Notes under the pieces: generated by a model
The model's input: only the letters and a program-made list of their open reading frames with translations
Databases searched by the model: none
What the model was told of the DNA's origin: nothing
Made by a program: the position numbers and the translations under genes
In this document: piece after piece, positions 1 through 8,771 of the stretch
How positions within the stretch are numbered: the stretch's first letter is position 1
Layout of the letters: each line of letters starts with the position of its first letter
NCBI RefSeq assembly: GCF_000253055.1
Contig: NC_016070.1
Span: 1,290,001 to 1,322,000 of the forward strand
Direction: 5' to 3'
Length of the DNA: 32,000 nt
Source of the DNA: Thermoproteus tenax Kra 1
GTDB taxonomy: Archaea > Thermoproteota > Thermoprotei > Thermoproteales > Thermoproteaceae

Positions 1-1
1 A

Positions 2-268
2 TACATAGCCTACACCCACCACGATCTAGTGGGCGACGCGGCGGGGCTCTTGAGCAGACATCTTTCGCAAATCGAGATTTGGAGCAAAGCGGCCGAGGAA
101 GCCGCGAGAGAGAGGCTCACACCCGCCGAGCTGGAGGGCATCCTCGTCGAAAGGGATCAGAGCCTCCGGAGGGTCTATTCGGACCTCAAGGGGCTAAGAG
201 CCCACTACCATCTGTTCCAGATGGCTATTAGCGGTTTATTAAATTATTATAGAAATTTAGGGAAATAA
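2..268 (+). CDS. 3' end of a protein truncated by the window edge, function unclear
   Basis: The frame is open from base 2 (YIAYTHHDLVGDAAGLLSRHLSQIE...NYYRNLGK) to a stop at 268; the C-terminus looks like real protein. Confidence 0.6.
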   Translation, partial: YIAYTHHDLVGDAAGLLSRHLSQIEIWSKAAEEAARERLTPAELEGILVERDQSLRRVYSDLKGLRAHYHLFQMAISGLLNYYRNLGK

Positions 269-856
269 CTTTTTATTTAGTAATTCATATAAACTTTTTA
301 TATGAATTATACCGTCTTTACAGATTCTTCCATCTCTAGAGATACAGACTGGCACTGCCCCGGCCGATAGCGCCATCTCCACATCGTATTGTGTGTCGCC
401 AACAACAATCATGTCCCGAGGGCTGACCCCAAACCTACTGGCTACAACGTACAGCGGATCGGGGTTGGGCTTGCCTCTGGGCACCTCGTCCCCTCCCAAC
501 AAGAAGTCTACGTAGCGACTCAGACCTGTCCTCTCAAGGACTGCGCGAGCCAAGACTGCGTTGGACGATGTAACTACAGCTATTGGGCGCCGCAGGCCGG
601 CCAGAGCTTCAACGTCTTCAAAGGGTTTGACCAACGATATGTAGTCCTCCAGAAAGAGGCGTTTCTTCAGCTCCATGAGCTCCGAGGCTCTGGGGCCCGC
701 TATTATCTCGGCTATCTTTGGGGCGGGCAATCCTATTAACGCCCTCATCTCCTCCCTGCTTATTGGACGGCCGAACCTTCTGGCCGCCTCTCTCCAAGCC
801 TCAACGTGGGCCTCTACTGAGTCTACCAACGTCCCGTCTAGATCGAAGATGTACAC
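257..856 (-). CDS. HAD-superfamily hydrolase (phosphoglycolate phosphatase-like)
   Basis: HAD motif I FDLDGTLVDS, motif II VVTSSN, motif III/IV region KPNPDP...VVGDTQYDVEMALSAG. Confidence 0.9.
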   Translation of the reverse strand: MYIFDLDGTLVDSVEAHVEAWREAARRFGRPISREEMRALIGLPAPKIAEIIAGPRASELMELKKRLFLEDYISLVKPFEDVEALAGLRRPIAVVTSSNAVLARAVLERTGLSRYVDFLLGGDEVPRGKPNPDPLYVVASRFGVSPRDMIVVGDTQYDVEMALSAGAVPVCISRDGRICKDGIIHIKSLYELLNKKLFP

Positions 857-940
857 GCAGCAGATAATTCTTAGGCTTAAAATCAGCTACGCGCCGATGC
901 GATATCAGTAAGATTTATTAAGATTAACATTGAAAAAACT

Positions 941-1690
941 ATGTCACTAGACTTCAATAAAGCCAATGAACTACTTTATAAAGGGTATCTATACCAATTA
1001 ATACTAGCCATAGTGGCGATAATAGCTATCTTCGCCGCGGCGATCGCCGCGGCGACTGCAGTGATAGCTTCTTCCGGAGTGTTGCCGCCTTCGTACCCGT
1101 ATGGATCATCCTCATCAGGTCTGGCCTCCATAATTGGAGCCCTTGTTGGCATAATTATTGTAGCAATTATATTTATCGTTATAGGTTTAATTATATTCTT
1201 TAAATATATATTTAAAGGATATATAGGACTCCATAAACTTGGAGTCAAGTGGGCCTTCTGGCTCGCCTGGGGCCCCATCATTGAGTTGATATTAGCCATA
1301 GTCGCCGTAGCTCTCTTCTTTGCGTTTATTTCCTCAATAGCTTCAGCCTTGGGCCCAGGCCTTGCTGAAAGTCCGTTTTCGATATTTGCCGCAGCTGTCC
1401 CCGTCTTGGCAGTGGTAGTAGTTCTACTGGCGTTTTCGGTCTTTATAGATGTGGCCAAAATATTGTTCCTCAAGAACATGTACGACATCACCAAGATAGG
1501 CGAGTTCAATATAGCGTTCGTTCTGACGATAGTGGCACTGGCACTGTCTCTGGCCTCATATACCGGCGGGCTACTCGGCGTCGCGGCCGGCATCGTGGAG
1601 CTAATAGAATATATCTTTGAGATGTTGGCGTATAGAGGGGCCTCCCGCATGCACCCGCCGCCTCTGCCCGCGCAGCCTCAGTCACCATAG
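941..1690 (+). CDS. Polytopic membrane protein, crenarchaeal type
   Basis: 249-aa ORF with several long hydrophobic helices and a Pro-rich C-terminus. Confidence 0.7.
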   Translation: MSLDFNKANELLYKGYLYQLILAIVAIIAIFAAAIAAATAVIASSGVLPPSYPYGSSSSGLASIIGALVGIIIVAIIFIVIGLIIFFKYIFKGYIGLHKLGVKWAFWLAWGPIIELILAIVAVALFFAFISSIASALGPGLAESPFSIFAAAVPVLAVVVVLLAFSVFIDVAKILFLKNMYDITKIGEFNIAFVLTIVALALSLASYTGGLLGVAAGIVELIEYIFEMLAYRGASRMHPPPLPAQPQSP

Positions 1691-3334
1691 CGCCGTAGTC
1701 AGCAAGAGGGACCTAAGCGCTCTAATTTTGGCCAAACGCCTCACGTATTCGACGGCCGCCTCTCTGATCTCCCTTTCGCTATAGTCCCCAACTGTCCGGC
1801 CCCGGATGGCCCCCTTGGGCGTATAGATCACGCCGCGCCCCGGCAGATAGAAGACGTCGGCGTACCGGGAGTCCTCGAACGACGCAATTCTCTGGACAGA
1901 TCTTGTCCTCCCCCCGCGGCTCTCGATGGATCTCAACACAAATAGGCCGCCCGCGGGGGCACCTCGGAGAACAGACGCAAGTAGAGCCAGAGGGTCCGTC
2001 CCCTCGCGCACAGCCCTGGCCACTATATGTTTGTATACCAACCTTGCAGCCACCGGGAGGTCGTGCGGCCGGAGCTTACTGCCCTTTACCACAACATGAT
2101 CCCCCCTTATCTTTAGGTGGTTCTTCTCGGCCACGCCGCCATCCTCTGACGGCGCCAACAGAAAGTACTCCCAGACTGCCTCAAGCCTCAGCTTAAGGCC
2201 TCTGAGGGATCTAGCCCAGCTCTCCACTAGGTCCATCTTGGACTCCTCGACGTAGATGGAGTCCGTATCGCCGTAGATGGGCTCCAAGTCGCGCCACGCC
2301 TGATCGAACAAGCGATGGGCCTCAGCTCTGACGAAGTATAGACAAGGCTCACACACTAGGCCCCAGCCGGCCTTCCCCCAGGCACCGATCCCCGCGTTCA
2401 TCAGAAACTTTAACGCCTCCCTCACGTAGGCGTCGCTAGACTCGATGCGTCTAGAAAGCAGCGAGGAGATCACGGCCGAGACGGGACCGCCTTCGAAACA
2501 CACTCGCTTGGTCCCCAACAATGTCTTGACCGGCACGCCGTCTGAGCACTCGCGGATGCCCAACGGGTCCACTCCCTGGGCTGCAACTATGCTCGGGAAT
2601 AGGGAGAAGAAGTCGTACTCGGCCACGCTCTTGTACACGCCAGGTCTGCGTCCTCTGGCGAAGTCCCACTTCGGCATATTGAGCATCCTCCTTCTGTCCT
2701 CCAACGCAATCCCCTCCTTCTCGGCCTCCCAATGGAACAGGGCCTCGGCCACAGCGGCGAGCGAGTTGGTTCTCAGAAACTCCAACACTGCGTCAACCCC
2801 GATCCCTGCTATCTCGGCCACGGCCTCGTAGAGCCTCAGCCTCCTCTCGGCCAATTTGTATATTGCTACGACGTAGTCCTCTGGCTTCCCCGCTAGAGCC
2901 CTAAGCAGCCACGACTCGTCCTCCTCGGCCAACTCGTCCCACATGCGCCTCCCCACGTCCAGGGCCCTCGGGGCACAGCCCAGGCTTTGTCCCCTTACGG
3001 CGATCACGTCGGCATCGGGACAGCCTCCTACGTGGACCGACTCCCCGTCTGTCGTCCAGTAGAGCTCGCCGCCCCTCCTATATACAGCGGCCAGGACCGG
3101 CCTCTTGGGTTTGACGAGGCCCCTCCTCTGCTCCTCGGCCAGCCGCGGTACGAACGACCTCGAGGGACGGAAGCCAAACCTCATCAGTTTAAATCTGAGC
3201 GGCCCGGCGTCGCCCTCGATGAGCCACACCTTGGCCCCCTCCCAAGGCCTATAACCTACTCCATCGAACACGTACGGAATGAGGTCCAGAGGCTCTGCGC
3301 GCACGGGCGGCCTGGAGCGGCCCAACACCAACAC
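1682..3334 (-). CDS. Compact B-family DNA polymerase (Dpo2/PolB2-like), no recognisable exonuclease motifs
   Basis: Motif A YDFFSLFPSI, motif B ALKFLMNAGIGAWGK and motif C YGDTDSIYV in the correct order; 550 aa total; no ExoI DxE motif at the N-terminus. Confidence 0.85.
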   Translation of the reverse strand: MLVLGRSRPPVRAEPLDLIPYVFDGVGYRPWEGAKVWLIEGDAGPLRFKLMRFGFRPSRSFVPRLAEEQRRGLVKPKRPVLAAVYRRGGELYWTTDGESVHVGGCPDADVIAVRGQSLGCAPRALDVGRRMWDELAEEDESWLLRALAGKPEDYVVAIYKLAERRLRLYEAVAEIAGIGVDAVLEFLRTNSLAAVAEALFHWEAEKEGIALEDRRRMLNMPKWDFARGRRPGVYKSVAEYDFFSLFPSIVAAQGVDPLGIRECSDGVPVKTLLGTKRVCFEGGPVSAVISSLLSRRIESSDAYVREALKFLMNAGIGAWGKAGWGLVCEPCLYFVRAEAHRLFDQAWRDLEPIYGDTDSIYVEESKMDLVESWARSLRGLKLRLEAVWEYFLLAPSEDGGVAEKNHLKIRGDHVVVKGSKLRPHDLPVAARLVYKHIVARAVREGTDPLALLASVLRGAPAGGLFVLRSIESRGGRTRSVQRIASFEDSRYADVFYLPGRGVIYTPKGAIRGRTVGDYSEREIREAAVEYVRRLAKIRALRSLLLTTALW

Positions 3335-3378
3335 TGAGGCTCGCGCCCGGCTAGATATAAGCTGATGCTTAACTGGAG

Positions 3379-3843
3379 CTAGTACTGAGTTCGTAGAAAG
3401 TATTTCTCTAAGCCCGGCGCGCTCCTCAAGGCCGTCTCCACGGCTGATCTCAAGGCTTTGTACATCTCCCGCATGTCGTTATATCCAGCCAGCTTGTATA
3501 GCTTCTCGGCCATCGACAGCAGATAGCTAGGCGTCGGCTCGGCGCGATAAACGGCGCCGCAGATCTCCACATACAATACGCCGTAGTTTACGCGGGCCGA
3601 GATGCCGCAACCTCTCTCGGTCTCTCCTATGAGCCTTCTGCCGGCCGGCCCCAACGTGTACACCGCCTTGGTTCTGCCAGCGTCTACTCTGGCCCACTTT
3701 ATTAAGCCGAGCTCCTCGGCCAACTTGACTAAGGAGAATGCAGATTCGCCGAACAGAGAGAGCAACTCGTCGTAGTCAATGGCCCTACGCGATGCCACTA
3801 GTCTGGTCAACCGGAGCAACAACCATGCATTTACGAACTCCAC
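3379..3843 (-). CDS. Hypothetical protein with probable winged-helix N-terminus
   Basis: 154-aa ORF; AIDYDELLSLFGESAFSLVKLAEELGLIKWARV...YTLGPAGRRLI resembles a wHTH. Confidence 0.6.
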   Translation of the reverse strand: MEFVNAWLLLRLTRLVASRRAIDYDELLSLFGESAFSLVKLAEELGLIKWARVDAGRTKAVYTLGPAGRRLIGETERGCGISARVNYGVLYVEICGAVYRAEPTPSYLLSMAEKLYKLAGYNDMREMYKALRSAVETALRSAPGLEKYFLRTQY

Positions 3844-3933
3844 ATCTATATTCGTGTTATATCTAAAAAATATCTCCTTATATTTAAAGAGCTCTGTATC
3901 TCGAAACTTTCGATATACATATAAGGTTAAAGA

Positions 3934-4149
3934 TTGCAGAATATCGTGAAGAGGGCTCTCAAGTTCTACGACATAGAGGCTCGCCGTAGCTTCACGACGG
4001 ATCAGTACGAGCTGGTCGTGATCGAGCTGGGCGGAGGCCGCTCCGTGACCCTCGCTGTAGCGATCTCCCCATACACCGGCAATAAATGCTATAGCTTCGC
4101 GCCGAGGCGCACAGAGATAAAATCAGTTGGTCTAGACCGGTTTATCTAG
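3934..4149 (+). CDS. Small hypothetical protein (TTG start)
   Basis: 71-aa ORF filling the gap between other features; protein-like composition. Confidence 0.45.
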   Translation: MQNIVKRALKFYDIEARRSFTTDQYELVVIELGGGRSVTLAVAISPYTGNKCYSFAPRRTEIKSVGLDRFI

Positions 4150-4303
4150 CCGTCTGCGGAGAGATGCTCCTTCAGGCCGAGGCGTCTACCTAGAGTCAGC
4201 TAGGCGACCAAAACGCTGTAGGGCAAACATTGATGCGTTGACGCTGGCGAACTATGCCGCATCAGATGTCCTCCCTCTTCAACGTCTCAATAAAACTTTC
4301 TGA

Positions 4304-4391
4304 TGGACCGGCCGGGATTCGAACCCGGGATCTCCCGCGCGCGAGGCCTACGCGGCACAGCCTGGGCGTCCTTCCGCTAGACTACCGGCCC
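4304..4391 (-). tRNA. tRNA-Ala(CGC) with a 16-nt intron at 4348..4363 (between positions 29 and 30)
   Basis: Reverse strand acceptor GGGCCGG/CCGGTCC, D-arm GTCT..GGAC, T-arm CCGGG-TTCGAAT-CCCGG. Removing AGGCTGTGCCGCGTAG gives anticodon arm CCCGC-CTCGCGC-GCGGG. CCA is not encoded. Confidence 0.9.
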
Positions 4392-4410
4392 CGAGCGTAC
4401 TTACTCACCG

Positions 4411-4420
4411 ATTTAAATTT
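4411..4420 (-). promoter_or_regulatory. TATA box of tRNA-Ala
   Basis: aaatttaaat on the minus strand, 20-29 nt upstream of the tRNA 5' end. Confidence 0.6.
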
Positions 4421-4449
4421 TTTCGCTAGAGCGCCACGCGGACAAAAGC

Positions 4450-4458
4450 TTTTTAAAT
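4450..4458 (+). promoter_or_regulatory. TATA box of initiator tRNA-Met
   Basis: tttttaaat 20-28 nt upstream of the tRNA 5' end. Confidence 0.6.
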
Positions 4459-4477
4459 TCGCGCAAAGCTTAGACCT

Positions 4478-4571
4478 AGCGGGGTAGGCCAGCCAGGTAG
4501 GCCGCGGGGCTCATAAAGGGCCTAAGGCCCGAGGAGCCCCGAGGTCCCGGGTTCAAATCCCGGCCCCGCTA
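4478..4571 (+). tRNA. Initiator tRNA-Met(CAT) with a 20-nt canonical (37/38) intron at 4516..4535
   Basis: Acceptor AGCGGGG/CCCCGCT (A1-U72), D-arm GGCC..GGCC, anticodon stem CGGGG/CCCCG carrying the GGG/CCC initiator signature, loop CTCATA(intron)G, T-arm CCGGG-TTCAAAT-CCCGG. Confidence 0.93.
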
Positions 4572-5102
4572 TGTGCACACCGGCCTCCTACATCTCAGCT
4601 TTACGTCTATCTCGCCCCTCCTCGCCTCAGTTATCATTAGGTGATGTTCCTCCTTGACTCCCCTTATATATGAACAGGTGTGTACTCCGCAGACCTTCAC
4701 CGCCACCGCCCTGGCCCTCAGTTTCTCCAATAGGATGTCGGCCAACCACTCGGTGAACCTCTCCTGCATTATGAGCCTTGCGGCCGCCCATTTGACTAGT
4801 CTGATGACCTTGCTCAAGCCCGGCGCCTCTGAGCCGGGCAAGTAGGCCACAGAGATGGATAGAAAGATGGGGAGGAGGTGGTGTTCGCACAGAGACACAG
4901 CCCTTATGTCCTCAACAATGACGGGGCCCGATTTCTCCACTGGAAAGAATACGATCTCGGGCGGATCCTCGCGGAGCCCCCTAGTGAGCTCCTCCAGTGC
5001 TCCTACGAACCTCCGTGGCGTCCTCTCGAGCCCCGGCCTCTTGAGGTCCTCCCCTATATGCGACAACAAAGTCTCCACCGCTCTTTCCGCCTCGTCGCGC
5101 AT
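4569..5102 (-). CDS. folE: GTP cyclohydrolase I
   Basis: CEHHLLPIF motif, GLSKVIRLVKWAAARLIMQERFT, CGVHTCSYIRGVKE; Cys/His zinc ligands conserved. Confidence 0.92.
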   Translation of the reverse strand: MRDEAERAVETLLSHIGEDLKRPGLERTPRRFVGALEELTRGLREDPPEIVFFPVEKSGPVIVEDIRAVSLCEHHLLPIFLSISVAYLPGSEAPGLSKVIRLVKWAAARLIMQERFTEWLADILLEKLRARAVAVKVCGVHTCSYIRGVKEEHHLMITEARRGEIDVKLRCRRPVCT

Positions 5103-5139
5103 AGCCGAGGCGGACGGCCAGTTTAAATGGTTTATATGG

Positions 5140-6147
5140 CTAGGCCTCGGTCACCTCAATGCCGGAACGGTACAGAAGGTCCACTATGTGCTCGTGGACC
5201 GGGGCGCCTCTGTACGGGTGGAACACAGTTGCGCCGTCCTCATAGAGGAAGATGAACATGTCGTGGCGCGTTCTGAGACCCTCTGCAGGCGGCGGGCCCC
5301 ACACGACGTAGACCTTGTTCACGCCCCTGGCTCTAGTCAGAGAGATAGGAGGTGCCAACCAAGGACATATGTACACCTCTGCGCTTCCTCCGGCGGTGCC
5401 GTCGTAAGAAAGGTAGGCCACTCCGCATCTAGCCCTTCTGTCGAACTCGTACTCGCCGTGGAGCCCCAACAAAGACGCCATCTTGCGCGCCCTTCTCTCC
5501 TTCAGGGACAATAGAGATTCTAGGACCTCGTCGGGGTATGTGACTGGGTTGACGACGAGTCCAACGTGGGGATCGTAGTAGGCCAGCCGGCCTATCCTCA
5601 GCGTCGTCTGCGGCCTCTGGCCATACACGAGCTCGTACAAGCCCCAGTCGGCGTCCCCCGCCGCCTCTCCCTCCAGCAGCGCGAGCAACTTCGGATCGTC
5701 TATGGAGCCGACCTCGGCGTTTAGGTCTAGGTATACTGAGTATTCGTTGGCCATAAGCCTCGCAAGAAGGCCGGCCAAGTATGACGGCGAGGCGACTACA
5801 TCATCCGAGTAATGTATAGCCAGCCCCCAGCGCAGTAGCTCCTCTAATGCGCCCGGAACTCCGAGCAGATCCAGGCCTAACCTCAGCTGGGCCTCCAACG
5901 ACAGGTCTCTGCCGTATTTTGCATACAACGTCGCCAACTTCTCATCGTTTATCCTCGAGGAGACCAAGGCGGAGAGCTCCGGCGCCCTCCTCTCTGCCTC
6001 CTCCACGTCTCTCTCGTTGGCCCCCTCCGAGGCCTCCATGAGATCCCTCCATTTGGAGCCGTACCTCAGCTCGAAGTCTCTCCTCAGTACCTCCTCGCTG
6101 CCCTGGAACAAAGCCCTCTGGTACCTCGCCTCAAGGAGCTCCGCCAC
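5140..6147 (-). CDS. Hypothetical protein
   Basis: 335-aa continuous ORF, protein-like; no recognised family. Confidence 0.7.
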   Translation of the reverse strand: MAELLEARYQRALFQGSEEVLRRDFELRYGSKWRDLMEASEGANERDVEEAERRAPELSALVSSRINDEKLATLYAKYGRDLSLEAQLRLGLDLLGVPGALEELLRWGLAIHYSDDVVASPSYLAGLLARLMANEYSVYLDLNAEVGSIDDPKLLALLEGEAAGDADWGLYELVYGQRPQTTLRIGRLAYYDPHVGLVVNPVTYPDEVLESLLSLKERRARKMASLLGLHGEYEFDRRARCGVAYLSYDGTAGGSAEVYICPWLAPPISLTRARGVNKVYVVWGPPPAEGLRTRHDMFIFLYEDGATVFHPYRGAPVHEHIVDLLYRSGIEVTEA

Positions 6148-6217
6148 TAGAACTATTCCACGTATATTTCTTTACCTCTCTGCCGCACGTTCTTAAGTCG
6201 GCGATAGATTTAATTGA

Positions 6218-6841
6218 ATGATAGCCGAGATCATCCACCGAGGCACCGACGTGGTGCTACAGCTGGATACAGTTGCAGTCGCGCTCTCCAGCACTGTGGA
6301 TGGAGGGCTCAGAGGCGGAATCCGCTATGTGGTCCACCACAAGGTTCCTTATAGATGGAACGGGGATCCTCTCGAAGAGATAGAGCGCGCCCATGCGGCC
6401 TTGGGCGTACCCAGCGATGAAACTATCACGTTCTTGACGGCAGCTCAACTACCGCGCGTCCACGGCCTGGGCAGAGCTGCTGTGGGAGAGGTTGCGGTCG
6501 TGGTCTCGGCGACAGTGGGGCTCTCAAACCCCTATAGGATCTCCCGGGGGGACGTCGAAGTTCTAAGGCCGGAGGAGCCCTCAACTGTAAATATAGCAAC
6601 CTTCGTGAACGTCCCTCTATCTGTCCAGGCCATGTTAGACGTCTTGGCGCTGGTCTCACAAGCCAAGGCCCTTGCCCTGTGGGACCTCGCTGGAGTGCAC
6701 GGCACTACCTCGGACGCGGTCGCCGTGCTTTCGCCCGCTGGCCCGAGTCGGCGGCCTTATGGCGGCGCCGCGACAGATATAGGCAGGGCCGTCGTTAGGG
6801 CGACTTACGCCGCCTTGGCCGACGCCTTGAGGCGGGATTAG
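6218..6841 (+). CDS. cbiZ: Adenosylcobinamide amidohydrolase
   Basis: CbiZ-like pattern: FLTAAQLP, VVVSATVGLSNPYRIS, GTTSDAVAVLSPAG, GGAATDIGRAVVRATYAAL. Confidence 0.8.
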   Translation: MIAEIIHRGTDVVLQLDTVAVALSSTVDGGLRGGIRYVVHHKVPYRWNGDPLEEIERAHAALGVPSDETITFLTAAQLPRVHGLGRAAVGEVAVVVSATVGLSNPYRISRGDVEVLRPEEPSTVNIATFVNVPLSVQAMLDVLALVSQAKALALWDLAGVHGTTSDAVAVLSPAGPSRRPYGGAATDIGRAVVRATYAALADALRRD

Positions 6842-7933
6842 CGCTTCTCCTGTTTCTCCCAGACGATGTCCCTCGCATACAAGTTCCTCACAGAGGCAGC
6901 CACGAGGATCAGCTGGTTGAGCGCCCATGCTCTGAAGGGCGCGTAGGCCAGCGCGATCAGACCGACTATCGCCAAAAGGATGCCGATAGCCGAGGACGTA
7001 GCAGATACTGCGACCGAGATAGTCGATATGAGGAAGAGCCATGGATTGACTATGTGTAGATAGACCTCGGAAAAATATATAGGCTTGTAGACCCTAGGCG
7101 CCCGCTTGATCTCTCTGAGGGTTCCCAGAAATGCTTGTATCAAGTGTTGTGCGCGCCTCAGACGCCACTTGAGGTAGCCTTTCCGCGGCACGAGCTCCGT
7201 ACAGATCACGTCGTCGGGCGTCACCGCCCCTCTTGCCCATTATAGCCGCTTTGATTGCCATATAGCTGTCGTCGGCGCCTATATCCATTGGGAAACCCTC
7301 CCTCAAGACCTCAAGCTTGAAGGCGGCCAATTCGCCGTGGAAGATAGGCGTAGCGTAGACTTCGCTCTCCCACAGACGGAGCTTGTTGTACCACTGTCTA
7401 TACGTCCTCTCCAGCCCGCCGGCCCCGCGGGGCACTTTGAGGCAGGACACTGCTCCGACCTCGTCGTCTGCAATATATGAGGCGACTTTCACTAGCGTAT
7501 CACGCCTGGGCCAGAGGGCATCGGCGTCGGTTATCACTACGACGTCCGCGTCCTCCACAGCTCCTAGAGCTGTGTTCAAGGCGTGCGCCTTGCCCAATCT
7601 GCGCGCCTCTCTTATGACGACGACTTTACAGCCGGGCCTCTGCGCCGCCCATCCCTCGGCTATCCCGGCAGTGTTGTCGGTGGAGACCGAGTCGACTACA
7701 TAGACTGACAGCCTATCCCTGGGATAATCTTGCGAGAAGATGTTGTCGAGCTTCTCCTCTATTGTGGCCGCCTCGTTGTATGTGGGCACAATCACAGCAA
7801 GCTTAGGCAGACGACTGATTTTGGCGGCGCCAGGCCTCCGTCTGCGGCGCATGTTGAGGTAGAGTATGTATGCGGCGGGCGCTCCGAAGTGGAGCGACAG
7901 AGCCGCCAATGCAACGGTCGTCCAAGGATCCAC
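6838..7933 (-). pseudogene. GT2-family glycosyltransferase with C-terminal transmembrane region, split by a +1 frame break near 7227-7230
   Basis: The N-terminal ORF (7094..7933) has VIVPTYNEAATIEEKL, TDADALW and GADDSYMAIKAAIMGKR. The downstream ORF (6838..7224) supplies VTPDDVICTEL..RLRRAQHLIQ and two hydrophobic helices in a different frame. Confidence 0.8.
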
Positions 7934-7986
7934 AGCACAACGTAGTCTGATAAATGTAATTTTTTAATGGAAAATCGAATATAGAC

Positions 7987-8601
7987 ATGTTGCCTGAGGT
8001 CGTAAAAGTGCCTCATATCCCCATTATGGACAAGGTCTCCTTTCCCTCTCGCTCTACGGCCGTTCTCGTGGTCGACATGCAAAACGATTTCGCGCATCCG
8101 AACGGCAAATTATATTCGCCCTCCAGCGGCGAGATAATACCGAGGATAGCCCGGCTCCTAGAGAGGGCGAGGAGTAGCGGCGTTAGAATAATATATACTC
8201 AGGACACCCATCCGCCTGATGATCCAGTGGAGTTCCCCATATGGGGTCCCCACGTTGTGAAGGGGTCGTGGGGCTGGCAGATAGTGGATCAGCTCAAGCC
8301 GACCGAAGGCGACATAGTGGTGGAGAAGATGCGTTACGATCCCTTCTTCGGCACACCGCTTGACCACATCTTGAGGATGTACGGCATCTCCAACTTGGTC
8401 GTAGTCGGCACCGTGGCGAATATATGCGTCCTGCACGCAGTGGCGGGGGCCAGGCTCAGGCTATATAACGTAGCCGTGCCCATAGACGGCATCGCGGCGC
8501 TCAACGACTTCGACTACGTTGCTGCGCTCAGACAGATGGACTATCTCTACAAGGCCGTCTTGACGACCATCGACGGCGTGGTCTTCGAGGAGAAAACTTA
8601 A
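7987..8601 (+). CDS. Isochorismatase/nicotinamidase-family cysteine hydrolase
   Basis: VLVVDMQNDF, TQDTH, VVVGTVANICVLHAVAGARLRLYNVAVPIDGIAAL. Confidence 0.9.
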   Translation: MLPEVVKVPHIPIMDKVSFPSRSTAVLVVDMQNDFAHPNGKLYSPSSGEIIPRIARLLERARSSGVRIIYTQDTHPPDDPVEFPIWGPHVVKGSWGWQIVDQLKPTEGDIVVEKMRYDPFFGTPLDHILRMYGISNLVVVGTVANICVLHAVAGARLRLYNVAVPIDGIAALNDFDYVAALRQMDYLYKAVLTTIDGVVFEEKT

Positions 8602-8624
8602 AAATACCTCTTCAGAGGGACACT

Positions 8625-8755
8625 GCCCTCCGAGCCGGCCATAGGCGCCGGTGCTACACCCGGTCTCGCCAGATCCCGGAAGTTAAGGCCGGCGCCGCGC
8701 GCGGGAGTACTGGGCTCCGCGAGGGCCCGGGAAACCGGCGTGCTGGCAGGAGGGC
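8625..8755 (+). rRNA. 5S ribosomal RNA
   Basis: Terminal helix GCCCTCC/GGAGGGC, internal CCCGGTCTCGCCAGATCCCGGAAGTTAAG and GGGAGTACTGGG, typical of archaeal 5S. Confidence 0.9.
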
Positions 8756-8771
8756 TCTGTTTTCTCGCGGC

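Noticed and set aside
389-739. ORF antisense to the HAD hydrolase
   Set aside because: Shadow ORF on the opposite strand of a well-supported gene; composition not protein-like.
4254-4487. 77-aa ORF across the tRNA-Ala
   Set aside because: Runs antisense through the tRNA-Ala gene; spurious.
4855-5514. 219-aa ORF antisense to folE and the downstream hypothetical gene
   Set aside because: Opposite strand of conserved FolE; low-complexity translation typical of GC-rich shadow frames.
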